In this document: in pieces, positions 53,631 through 62,860 of the stretch | Layout: every line of letters starts with the position of its first letter | How positions within the stretch are numbered: the first letter of the stretch is position 1 | From: an uncultured Planctomycetota bacterium | GTDB taxonomy: Bacteria > Planctomycetota > Planctomycetia > Isosphaerales > Isosphaeraceae | DNA: 64,000 bases | Direction of reading: 5' to 3' | Assembly: GCA_963823665.1 (NCBI GenBank) | Contig: CAWGMQ010000008.1 | Span: 704,001 to 768,000, forward strand | Translations under genes and position numbers: made by a program | Notes under the pieces: model-generated | The model's database searches: none | What the model was told of the DNA's origin: nothing | What the model saw: only the letters and a program-made list of their open reading frames with translations

Positions 53631-54754
53631 CAGACCAACCCCGGGATGAAGCGCCAGCGAACCCGGGAGCTGTAGGCCTGGTAGTCGGGATCGCTCCCGA
53701 GGTGTCGCTCTTCGGTGAGCGCCCGCAGCACGTAGATCCCGCTCCAGGCCGCCGTGCCCAGGATCACAGGGGCCACGCGCCAAGGATCGGTCCACGCGAA
53801 CTTCAGGAGCAGCGGAGTCGCGCCGATCCACCACGAGAGGTTTTTGGCCACGTAGGCCGGGTGGCGCATCCAGCGGTAAGGGCCGGTGGTGACGATCCCA
53901 CGGTTGGTGAGATTGCTGGCTCGCAGCCCCAGCGCGAGCGTCGCCCAGGCATACACACCGACGCCCAGGAGCATGGCGACACCCGCCCCAACCTGAAACG
54001 TCGGCGACCGGAATTGCGGAAGCTCGAAACTGAACCAACCAAGCGCATTTGACGAGAGCCACGCCAGCGGCGGGTAACACAGAAGTGCGGCGAGCCAGCC
54101 CAGCAGCGTCGGTTCCACCGAGCGGATCTCGTTCCCAAGCCAGGGATGCTCGACCCCGTAGCCAACCGCGAAGAGTAACACGTCCACGACGAACAAGCCG
54201 TGATAGATCGCACAATAACCATAGGGGAAAAACCTGCCGAACGAGAGGTAAGCCTGGGCGCTCGTCGTGAGGTCGTGCGCTTGCATCTGAAGCCAGACAA
54301 CCATCAGCGGCCAGAAAATCGCCTTCACCGCGATGGCCCGAAAGGCGACCGCCTCCTCGGGGGTCGGCCTGCGCCGAGGCAGCGCGGAGAGCCCCTGCCA
54401 GAAGCGCCGGCACTTGACCGTATGGTCATCGGAGAATGTCGCGTAGTAGAGCGGGAGCAGCAGCAGATACGCGACGACGACGACCCGGAGGGCAGGCCAG
54501 CTCGCCGGCGGCATGAGCCCGTTGTAGTAGTCGCGCGTCGCTTCGGTCGCGTAAGGCACGGTGGCATAGAAGGCGTAGCCGAGAAGGATCAGCGAGGCGG
54601 CCGCGGCGTAATTTGCGGCGATGGCCGCTGGCGACGCGGGGAACCAGGCTCTGATCCTCGAAGCGATCCCGGAGGATCTCGAACCCTCGGCGCGCCGTTG
54701 TTGCACGAGAGCCGATTGGGCCTGGGCACGGGGTTCGGCGAGCAGCGTGGGCAT
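53630..54754 (-). CDS. Isoprenylcysteine carboxyl methyltransferase / PEMT family membrane protein
   Basis: SNLTNRGIVTTGPYRWMRHPAY, RALTEERHL..DPDY.AY..RVRWRFIP. Confidence 0.88.
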   Translation of the reverse strand: MPTLLAEPRAQAQSALVQQRRAEGSRSSGIASRIRAWFPASPAAIAANYAAAASLILLGYAFYATVPYATEATRDYYNGLMPPASWPALRVVVVAYLLLLPLYYATFSDDHTVKCRRFWQGLSALPRRRPTPEEAVAFRAIAVKAIFWPLMVVWLQMQAHDLTTSAQAYLSFGRFFPYGYCAIYHGLFVVDVLLFAVGYGVEHPWLGNEIRSVEPTLLGWLAALLCYPPLAWLSSNALGWFSFELPQFRSPTFQVGAGVAMLLGVGVYAWATLALGLRASNLTNRGIVTTGPYRWMRHPAYVAKNLSWWIGATPLLLKFAWTDPWRVAPVILGTAAWSGIYVLRALTEERHLGSDPDYQAYSSRVRWRFIPGLV

Positions 54755-55001
54755 CGAATGAGCCTCGGTCGGTCGCGGCCGTTGGGGCAGTCTGTGGAAA
54801 ACCACGGGATCTGCTCAATGCTAGGCCACGCTTTCGACCTGGGCAAACGCCGGGCGCGGAGTTGCCGGGCCGAGGGCTGCGGACGGGCCGGGGCGCTCCG
54901 GTTGAGGGCTGGTCTGGATTATTGCGGTACAGGTCCAAACGGTGTGCCGTGCTTTCGTACACTAGATATTCGGTTGATCCGCTCGGAAGTGGAAAATTGC
55001 G

Positions 55002-55721
55002 TCAGGGTCCGCCGCCTGGGCCGCCGCGCGATCGCTTTGCCCTTCCTGCACGCGCTGCGGGCCCGCCGGCACCTGGATTGCCGGTCAGGCCCTTCCCGAG
55101 CTTGCCCAGGGGAGAGTTGAGCAGTTTTTTGTAGAAAGCAAGCTCGCCTTCGGGATCGATCTCGGCGATTGATCCATCTCGCGGCGATCCGCTCGCGGGC
55201 CGGACATCGGCCGGTCGACTACCGAGTTGGTCGGGATAACCCAGCTCGTACTTCGTGTCGCGTGCTCTGAGGGTGACGCGCTGCGCTTGCACCTTCTCGA
55301 TGAATAGCGACGAAGGGACCTTTTCACCATCGCGTTCGAGGATCAGGTGCTCGCCTTGCTTGTACATTCGTCCGTTGATGATGGCGATCTGCGTCTTGCC
55401 CTGGAGGAATGTCGCGCCGAGGGAAAGGCTGTGGACGATTTCGTATAGAGGGTCTGTTTCCGGATCGGCAAGCGCCGCTTCGGCCGCTTTCGCCGCATCA
55501 GCCGGTTTGGGCCCCGTGCGAAATGGATCGCGAGCGAGTGCTCGCACCTCTTCCGCACCGGAGTGGAGCACATCGTTCATCATGACGTCCAGGCCCTTCA
55601 CCAGCTCCGCTCGACCAGCACCCGCGTCTGGAACGGTCGCGTGGATCTTGTAACACGCGAACGCCAGGCCCACGATCATGATTGTCGTCGGAATATATTT
55701 AAAAATCTTCGCTGTGTTCAT
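55002..55721 (-). CDS. Pilus/secretion accessory protein (MshK/PilP/GspC-like)
   Basis: N-terminal TM, RDPF, AIINGRMYKQGE; last gene of a pilMNO-like run. Confidence 0.6.
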   Translation of the reverse strand: MNTAKIFKYIPTTIMIVGLAFACYKIHATVPDAGAGRAELVKGLDVMMNDVLHSGAEEVRALARDPFRTGPKPADAAKAAEAALADPETDPLYEIVHSLSLGATFLQGKTQIAIINGRMYKQGEHLILERDGEKVPSSLFIEKVQAQRVTLRARDTKYELGYPDQLGSRPADVRPASGSPRDGSIAEIDPEGELAFYKKLLNSPLGKLGKGLTGNPGAGGPAARAGRAKRSRGGPGGGP

Positions 55722-55730
55722 GAGCGGACC

Positions 55731-56333
55731 CTAAGAGGTCGGTTTGGCAGCCTTCGGCTCTCCGGACGCAGGCTTTGCCTTGGGCTGCGCCTGCGTTTTC
55801 TCGGCCAGGCTGAGCATCGTGATCTGCGCCTTGAGCAGGCCCGGCTCACGTGGATTGGGATCGATCTTGATCGAGTCAACTCGCAAGTGACGCGCGTCGG
55901 CCTCAATCCAGCCCAGGAATGCGTCAAGCTCCATGAATGTGCCCTCGAGCGCGAGCTGCAGGCCGATCGTCTCGTAAGGGCCGAGGTCCTTGGCCGCTCC
56001 GGGCTTCAAATCAATCAGCTTCAGCGGCGACGACCGGAGATGGTCGATGACCTGTCTCATCAGCTCGTTGAGATTGGCCCCGGCCGGCACAAGCCCTTGA
56101 TAGGGGGCCAGGCTCTTCTTGAGCCGGTCAATCTCTTGCGCCGTCGTAATTCGTTTGAGGTCGCGGGCGATCCGCGTCGCGGTCACTTCGGTCTGTTCGC
56201 AAAGCGGCATGAAAAAGAAGAAGTACCAGCCGCCCAGCATCGAGAGACCGAGGATGAAACGAAGCTTCAGCGGATTGCGAAGCTGATTGAGGATCATCTG
56301 CCGCGGTTCGGCCTTCGCAGTTTTCTGATTCAT
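55731..56333 (-). CDS. PilO/GspM-like protein
   Basis: TM, coiled coil, LEGTFMELDAFLGWIE...LRVDSIKI. Confidence 0.75.
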   Translation of the reverse strand: MNQKTAKAEPRQMILNQLRNPLKLRFILGLSMLGGWYFFFFMPLCEQTEVTATRIARDLKRITTAQEIDRLKKSLAPYQGLVPAGANLNELMRQVIDHLRSSPLKLIDLKPGAAKDLGPYETIGLQLALEGTFMELDAFLGWIEADARHLRVDSIKIDPNPREPGLLKAQITMLSLAEKTQAQPKAKPASGEPKAAKPTS

Positions 56334-56345
56334 GGTTGGCAGTTC

Positions 56346-57851
56346 CTACTTCTTCCCTTTCTCAGCCAGCGGTAGACAGACGACGCTGTATGACGTCGAC
56401 GCGCGCCCTCCGGCCCTGATCGGGATGGAGCGGAAGCCGGAGACTTCCACCAGCGGAAAGTGCCGCTTGAGCGTCGCATCCGCCCGCAGCGCGGCCAGGA
56501 AACCGTCGATTTCTTGAGGCAGTGAGCCGTTTCCAGCCAGGGGAGTTTCGAAGCTGACGATCAGCTTTTTCTTTCCCCTGGCGGGCCCGGACCGCGATCC
56601 CGATTCGATCTCGGCGTCGCCGGAGAGCGACGTGATGATCGTGCTTGCCGGCATGGAAGCGGCGATTGTTCGAAGGGAGCCCGACCATTTCACTCGGGTG
56701 TCACGGAAGACGCCGACTGCCTTGAGGCGTTCCTGGATTGCATTTTTTTCGGCGTCGAGCTTGGGCTGATCTTGATTCTTCAGCCAGGCAAACGCGTTGA
56801 GACCGCCCACGACGGCCTTGAGACGGTGATTTGATTCGGCCGCCGCGCCGATGGAGAAAAGCGAAACCGCGCCCAGGAGCACACCGTGCAGAACCAGCTC
56901 GCCGTACGGGAAGACGTCGGCGATCGACACTTGAGGCTTGAGGGTGCGCGCCAGGTCGACGCCGGTCTGGTCGGCTTGGGGATTGGCCAGCGCCAATCCC
57001 AGTGCGGCCGCCTGCAAGTCGTAACTGGGATCCTCACAGCGCAACAATCGTGCCCCGGTGCGCTGCCGGAACTCTTCCGACTGCTGCGCCAGCGCGAACT
57101 CCGGCCGGCCGTGAATGATGACCGTGTCGATGGGAACGGTAATCCGCGCCTGCCTGCCCATCATCCAGAGCGTCGAGTAGGCCGCGAGAATCGCGGCAGT
57201 CTCCTCGCCTGGCGCAAGGTCGAACGTCTGCCAGAAAAGCGGCCGCGGTCCGGCGCCGATGATGCCGATCGCTTGGTGCTCGCCGAGGAAGAAACGCACG
57301 CACAGCTTCGAGCCGCGTGGTGCTTTCTTGTGATACCAGCCGGCGCGGTAGAGCGCCGCGGGGCCCGGCTCGAGCAGACCGATGCGCCCGCCGATCCGGG
57401 AGATCATCGCAATCAACGTCTCGACTGCCCCGCGGGGAGAAGCGGCCACGCATGCAAGCGGGCGGCCGCCAAGATCGAGCTTCACCAGCTCGACGATCCG
57501 GTCCTCCGCGCGGACGTTCGTCGCTTGCACGGCCTCGAGGAAGAAGTTCTGTGCGGTATTCTGCTGGTTGGACGGCGTGATCGCCAGTGCCGCCTGAAAC
57601 ACCCGTGCCTCGGAAAGTCCGACCCGCACCCACGGTCCGGGCTTTCTTCGTTTTGCGCCCGACGGGCCAACAAAGCGCTCGAGCAGACGGCCCACGATCG
57701 CTTCGTGATCGTGCTCGTCGCAATCATGGATTTCCTCGGCAACCTTCCGCCGCCCCTTGGCGGTAGCGGCCGTGATGCACATGGCGATCCGCTTCTGGTC
57801 GATCATGATGCCGATCGCCGGCCAAAGCCCGATTGGTTTCCGTCGCTTCAT
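56346..57851 (-). CDS. PilM/PilN-like fusion (alignment subcomplex)
   Basis: Large N-domain ending AALGLAL...VDL, then TM, coiled coil and WS..L..IA.SMP...ITSL (PilN-like). Confidence 0.65.
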   Translation of the reverse strand: MKRRKPIGLWPAIGIMIDQKRIAMCITAATAKGRRKVAEEIHDCDEHDHEAIVGRLLERFVGPSGAKRRKPGPWVRVGLSEARVFQAALAITPSNQQNTAQNFFLEAVQATNVRAEDRIVELVKLDLGGRPLACVAASPRGAVETLIAMISRIGGRIGLLEPGPAALYRAGWYHKKAPRGSKLCVRFFLGEHQAIGIIGAGPRPLFWQTFDLAPGEETAAILAAYSTLWMMGRQARITVPIDTVIIHGRPEFALAQQSEEFRQRTGARLLRCEDPSYDLQAAALGLALANPQADQTGVDLARTLKPQVSIADVFPYGELVLHGVLLGAVSLFSIGAAAESNHRLKAVVGGLNAFAWLKNQDQPKLDAEKNAIQERLKAVGVFRDTRVKWSGSLRTIAASMPASTIITSLSGDAEIESGSRSGPARGKKKLIVSFETPLAGNGSLPQEIDGFLAALRADATLKRHFPLVEVSGFRSIPIRAGGRASTSYSVVCLPLAEKGKK

Positions 57852-57899
57852 TGTCGGGAGGTTCCTGACGTGGAGACCTGATGCAGCGAGAAGTTGCTT

Positions 57900-57933
57900 A
57901 AACAGAAGCGGGCGACCGAACCCGGCCGCCCGC
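57900..57933 (-). terminator. Intrinsic terminator downstream of the pilin gene
   Basis: Minus strand GCGGGCGGCCG-GGTT-CGGTCGCCCGC-TTCTGTTT; 11-bp stem with one G-U pair. Confidence 0.75.
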
Positions 57934-58014
57934 TCAGAGACAGTCAACAGCCGCGTGCCGGCGTGGGGGTCCTGGGCCGATTCCGCACGCTCAGCCCCCC
58001 ACGCCAGCAAGCGA

Positions 58015-58512
58015 TCACGAACCGCTACCGCTACCGCTGCCGCTACCGCTACCGCTACCGCTGCTGCTACCCGAGCTGATCGTGACCGGGCAGATCGCCG
58101 GGTACGTCATGATCGTCGAGTTGGTGGTGTCGAACCCATCCTGATTCCAGACGACGCTGTATGAATAGCTCGAATTCGAGTTCCGGTCGAGCTCGAGCGA
58201 CCAGCCGGGAGTGCCGGTTGAGCTGGTGGTCGGGGTGATGCTCCCTACCGTGAAATACTGCGGCGCCGGCAGGGTGATGTCGAGACTGGTGATCGCGCTG
58301 GCGTAAACGCCGTTCTGCGCGATGTACCGCTCCTGGGAGCCCTGGATGGCCGAGAGGTAGTTGAAGGCTTCCGCCGCCTTGGACTTTTCGACCGAGTTGA
58401 GGAACTTCGGCACTCCGAACGCGGCCAGCACGCCAATGATGACGATCACCACCGCGAGCTCGACCAGGGTGAACCCTCTGCGGGTACGAAGTCTTGCGTG
58501 AAGTTGCTGCAT
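58015..58512 (-). CDS. Type IV pilin (probable major pilin) with Gly-Ser tail
   Basis: RRG|FTLVELAVVIVIIGVLAAFGVP prepilin motif. Confidence 0.92.
   Translation of the reverse strand: MQQLHARLRTRRGFTLVELAVVIVIIGVLAAFGVPKFLNSVEKSKAAEAFNYLSAIQGSQERYIAQNGVYASAITSLDITLPAPQYFTVGSITPTTSSTGTPGWSLELDRNSNSSYSYSVVWNQDGFDTTNSTIMTYPAICPVTISSGSSSGSGSGSGSGSGSGS
58021..58072. repeat. Hexamer microsatellite (ACCGCT)n encoding (GS)n
   Basis: accgctaccgctaccgctgccgctaccgctaccgctaccgct. Confidence 0.9.
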
Positions 58513-58824
58513 CTTTCGTGGCTCTCTCTTGTGATTGTTGCGGGACCAGGTTTCTGAGCGACAAACCACTGTCGCGTTGCGGTGACATTCCGCCCGAGAC
58601 ACTCAAAACTAGGTCACGTATTTCCGCGCATCAAATCCGATCGGCGCAATCCGCAGGATTTCACCCATCGCCATCGGGTCGACTCTCGGTCTCACGTATA
58701 TAAGGATCAAACCGATCGCGGGGCCAACCGGTCTGTTTTCGTATTGCCACATCGTGTCCTGGTTCTTGCTGCCGTCCCCCGAGAACCGTTCAACATGGCC
58801 TAGTGTCTAATAGCGGAGATCTCG

Positions 58825-59996
58825 ATGACTGATCTCGCGCAGCATGCACGGCCTGCGAGTCGTCGCCGATTCGGATGTTCTTGGGAAAGGCGAGGTGGAT
58901 ATTGCCGTTCGACGAATGGGTCGTCGCACACGCTCGGATCTCGAAGAAGGCGCACAAGGGCGCCAAGCTCGAGGATACGCTCTCGTTCTTTCATCAGCTT
59001 GCGACGCTGGTCAGCTCGGGCACTCCGCTCTTGCAGGCCTTGAAGATCGCGGTCGCTCAGTGCGAGAGCTCGAAGCTCCGGGCGGTTCTGGAAGAGATCA
59101 CCGCCAGGGTTGCGGCCGGAAGCACATTCCACGCAGCGGCGGCCGCATACCCCAATGTCTTCGAGTTTCAATGGCTGGAAGCGATCCGCACCGGTGAGGT
59201 CACCGGCAAGATGGCCCAGGTGCTGATCGAGCTCAACAAGCAGATCCGCGAATCGCGCGAAACCAAGCGTAAGGTCAAGGGAGCCCTCATGTATCCCATG
59301 ATCCTGATCCTGGTCGCCGTAATCGCCGTCACCGTGATGCTCTGGCTGGTCGTGCCGGTCTTCGCCAAGATGTTCAAGGACATGGACGCCGAGCTCCCGG
59401 GCATCACGCAGTTCGTCGTCGATGCCTCCGACGCCATCGTCAAGTACGGTCACTACGCCGTCGCCGCCATCGTCGTGATCGTCATCGCGTTCAAGCGATA
59501 CATGAAGACCGACGCCGGCCGCCGCTACGTGATGGGCACCTTGATGGCGGTTCCCTCGGTGGGCCAGCTCATCATCGAGATGGCGATGTACCGCTTCGCG
59601 TCGAACCTCTCTCTCTTGCTCAAGAGCGGGGTGCCGATGATGGACACCATGCACACGATCAAGGGAATCTTCCAGACAAGCCCCATCTATCGCGATGCGC
59701 TCGAGCGCGTCGCGCACAAGGTCGCCGCGGGCCGCTCGCTGCACTCTGCCCTCGCAGAATCGGGCTTGTTCCTCCCCATGCTCACCAGCATGGTGCAGGT
59801 CGGCGAGGAATCGGGCCAGCTCGCTCAGGTGATGGAGCAAGTCGCGCCATTCTTCAAGGAAAAAATGGAAGGCATGATTCTCAAAGTCACAAAAATGGTC
59901 GAGCCTATCATCATCATGGGAATGGGCTCGTCAATCGCCGGGTTGATGCTGGCGATCTACATGCCCATGTTCGAGATGGCGGGGAACGTCAAATGA
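58825..59996 (+). CDS. pilC: PilC/GspF inner-membrane platform protein; N-terminus probably frameshifted (main ORF 58875..59996)
   Basis: QLATLVSSGTPLLQAL, GEVTG, ALMYP, VVPVF..MF, LLKSGVP, VGEESGQL, VEP, IYMPMF. Confidence 0.93.
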
Positions 59997-60415
59997 AAGC
60001 CAGGCGCGGATTTTCGCTCGTAGAAATGATCGTCGCCGTGATCGTCGCCGGGGTGCTGCTCTCGATCGGCGTGCCGCGGTTCTCGCAATCGCTCGAGCAG
60101 TCCCGCGCCGACGTGGCCGGGGCCAACCTCCGGGCGATCTGGTCGGCCCAGCGCCTCTACTGGCTGCAGAACCGGACGTACGCCCCCGACCTGAATACGC
60201 TGGTCTCCGCCAATCTGATCGACCCCTCTCTTCCCCCGGCCACGATCCCTTACACCTATTCGATCGCTGATGCGAGCGACAACTGGTTCACGGCGACGGC
60301 GACCCGCGGCGGCTCCTCGAGCTGGAGCGGCAGCTTCACCATCGCCGCCGACGGAACGTTCACCGGCGCCGTGCAGCAATCCGGCGGTGTCTCTCTGGAG
60401 CCCGGATTCCAGTGA
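59993..60415 (+). CDS. Minor pilin (PilE-like)
   Basis: RRG|FSLVE; ATGA overlap with pilC. Confidence 0.88.
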   Translation: MKARRGFSLVEMIVAVIVAGVLLSIGVPRFSQSLEQSRADVAGANLRAIWSAQRLYWLQNRTYAPDLNTLVSANLIDPSLPPATIPYTYSIADASDNWFTATATRGGSSSWSGSFTIAADGTFTGAVQQSGGVSLEPGFQ

Positions 60416-60870
60416 GAACGAGCACAACCACTCGCCGTGACGGTGCCAGATCCGTGTCGGACCGGCGGCACCGCCGCCGCGGCTACACCCTGCTGGAAGT
60501 ACAGGTCGCCTTCGCGATCCTGGGAATCGGCCTCGCCGGCTTGTGCCCGCTCGTCGTCATGCAGCTTCGCCAGGTTCGCCAGCTCGAGCTGCGCCTTCAG
60601 GCACAGGTCGTCCAGACGAGCTTCTTGACAGGCCAGACCGAGACGATGCTCCAAGGAAATTACTACTACATTGTCCCGTGGACCAACCCGATCGCGCAAA
60701 AGCTCGCCGCCAGCGGCCAGATCCTGACCACGCCGACCAACCCGTGCGATCCGGGATTGCTGCCGCTGCCAACGCCGGCTCCACAATCGTACCCGGTCAC
60801 GATCGTGGAGCTCGATGCCACCCCGACGGGCCAGAGCGTAACCGCCTACGTGACCGTCTCCGCGCCTTGA
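60412..60870 (+). CDS. Minor pilin (PilV/GspI-like)
   Basis: RRG|YTLLEVQVAFAIL. Confidence 0.85.
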   Translation: MRTSTTTRRDGARSVSDRRHRRRGYTLLEVQVAFAILGIGLAGLCPLVVMQLRQVRQLELRLQAQVVQTSFLTGQTETMLQGNYYYIVPWTNPIAQKLAASGQILTTPTNPCDPGLLPLPTPAPQSYPVTIVELDATPTGQSVTAYVTVSAP

Positions 60871-60897
60871 ACTCGTTTGAGAGGTAATACCAGCACG

Positions 60898-61470
60898 ATG
60901 CGCTCTTCAAGAGCCACATCCGACCGAAATGCCAGGCAATTGAGAAGCGGATTCACAGCACATCCGCGTCGCGGATACTCGCTCATCGAGACCATGGTGG
61001 CCAGCATGCTTTCGGCCTTCCTCGGTATTCTGCTGGCGCTCTCGTGTGCATCGTTCGGGCGGACGGCACTGCAAGTCGAGTGCCGCGCACGGATCGCGCA
61101 GGAAGGCACCCTCGCCGCCCAGTCGCTCGCCTGTGATCTCGGCGGTTTCCTCGCCGATGCCCCGGGGCGCACGGGGACCCTGGCCCAGTACTCGTTCACG
61201 AACTGGGACACCTCTCAGCCAAACGTGCTCGCACTCTACTTTCAAGGGACGAGCCCCTCGGATGTGATCGCGATCACCTACGAGTTCAGCGGCAACCAGC
61301 TCGTCCGCAGCAATTCCTCCAGCGGAGTGACAACCACGATCGCCCGTTACGTGACGGCCTTCTCCGCGGGAATCAATCCGGACAATTCGGGCCAGTTGAT
61401 CGTGCAGTTCACCATCGCATACCGTGCCTTTGCATCAACGTATACTCTGATCGGTGTTACCCCGACATGA
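60898..61470 (+). CDS. Minor pilin (PilW/GspJ-like)
   Basis: RRG|YSLIETMVA. Confidence 0.85.
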   Translation: MRSSRATSDRNARQLRSGFTAHPRRGYSLIETMVASMLSAFLGILLALSCASFGRTALQVECRARIAQEGTLAAQSLACDLGGFLADAPGRTGTLAQYSFTNWDTSQPNVLALYFQGTSPSDVIAITYEFSGNQLVRSNSSSGVTTTIARYVTAFSAGINPDNSGQLIVQFTIAYRAFASTYTLIGVTPT

Positions 61471-61892
61471 TGAGACGACGGCAGACCCACCCTAGGAGGG
61501 GCTACTCCCTCACGGTGGTGCTCATCTTCTTGATCCTGATATTTGCCCTCTGGAGCACCGTCTACCGCTCCAGCTCGAGCCTCCTGCGCATCGAAACCAA
61601 CCGCGTCCTGCAACAAACCCGCGACCAGGGCGCCATGAACGCGCTTGCCCAATCTATCCAGTTGCTCCAGTATGCCACGCCACGCGATTCGTCCAATCCA
61701 AGCCGCACGCTGTTCATCTACGGTGTGACGGTGACGATTCAGGATCCCAGCGGCGGCAGCACCACGGCCGACTACACCGTGCAGTTCACTCCGGCCCCGG
61801 AGCAGGGGACCAATTGCTGGCAAGTGGAGGTTTCGCAAGGAACTTACGGCGTTCCATTACCGGCTCCAGGAGCCATACCCCAGTGGCCTTGA
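61467..61892 (+). CDS. Minor pilin lacking Glu5 (PilX/GspK-like)
   Basis: RRG|YSLTVVLIFL; ATGA overlap. Confidence 0.78.
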   Translation: MMRRRQTHPRRGYSLTVVLIFLILIFALWSTVYRSSSSLLRIETNRVLQQTRDQGAMNALAQSIQLLQYATPRDSSNPSRTLFIYGVTVTIQDPSGGSTTADYTVQFTPAPEQGTNCWQVEVSQGTYGVPLPAPGAIPQWP

Positions 61893-62124
61893 GCGATACG
61901 GGATCGCTGGGCTCGGGCCGTTCCTTCGCTCGAGCCGCGGCCGAGAAAAATGTCAAGCTTGCCAGCACGTCCAGCCGACCATTGCTTAATGTTGCACGAG
62001 GTCGAATTGAGCCAGGCTGCGCGTTCGGTCGGTGCTCCACAGTCTAGGAAGAGCGTGGATTTGCCGAACGACGAGCGAAGGAAGTCGCTCAGGCCGCTCG
62101 AGGCCCCAGGAGTCTCGGAGATCG

Positions 62125-62850
62125 ATGGGACGGATCTCTTCGTTGGTCTGTGCGGTCGTATGCGTCGCTTCAACCTCCGGTTGTGGCGGTCTGGGATGGT
62201 ATCGCGCAGCGGGCCATATCCCGGGTGTCGCCCCGACGGACTACGCGTTCTACAATTTCTGCGACGTGTCATCGCAGCTCTATCCGGCCGCGCCGTCGCA
62301 AATTGAATCCTCTGCGATCGAAGCCCTGGGCGACCTGGGCTTCCGGGTCGAGGAGCCACCGAAGCATCTGCCCGAGGGCGAGACGAAGATCTTCTGCAAG
62401 ACGCCCGACGGACGGCCAACCAAGATCACGATCACGCCCCAGAACGCGCTCACCAACGTCAAGGTTGCGATCGGCCCGGTTCATGTCGGCGACGAGGAGC
62501 TTTCACGCGACCTCTTACGGCGAATCTCTCTGAATTTCGGTACAATCATGCGAGCTTACACGCCGATTGACACCACGCTTCCGAAGCGCTTGAACTCGTC
62601 GCGGTTCGTTCCGTCCGCAGAGAGCGGCAATGCGCCAATCCAGTTGCAAGGAGAGGGCCTGCGGCCCAGCGAAAATCGCGACAAGGCCGCCGAGGAATCT
62701 GCACCGGCTGATCAGGAGTCGACGCCGGGGGCGGGCCTTCCTGCTGGCCTCCAAGGGTTAATGCCGGGGCCGGGCGCAGGCGGACAGGCCAATCCCAACT
62801 TCCAGTACGTACCGTTCCCGATCGCGCCAAACAACCCAGACGTTCCGTGA
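62125..62850 (+). CDS. Lipoprotein, DUF3568-like
   Basis: Lipobox TSGC; A..ALGDLG, TNVKV.IG..GDEELSR.LL motifs. Confidence 0.65.
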   Translation: MGRISSLVCAVVCVASTSGCGGLGWYRAAGHIPGVAPTDYAFYNFCDVSSQLYPAAPSQIESSAIEALGDLGFRVEEPPKHLPEGETKIFCKTPDGRPTKITITPQNALTNVKVAIGPVHVGDEELSRDLLRRISLNFGTIMRAYTPIDTTLPKRLNSSRFVPSAESGNAPIQLQGEGLRPSENRDKAAEESAPADQESTPGAGLPAGLQGLMPGPGAGGQANPNFQYVPFPIAPNNPDVP

Positions 62851-62860
62851 CGTGCAGCCC

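Noticed and set aside
54931..54955. GGTACAGGTCCAA resembling the tRNA-Leu T-arm (possible attR)
   Set aside because: Only 11 of 13 matches, and the following acceptor-stem sequence does not match.
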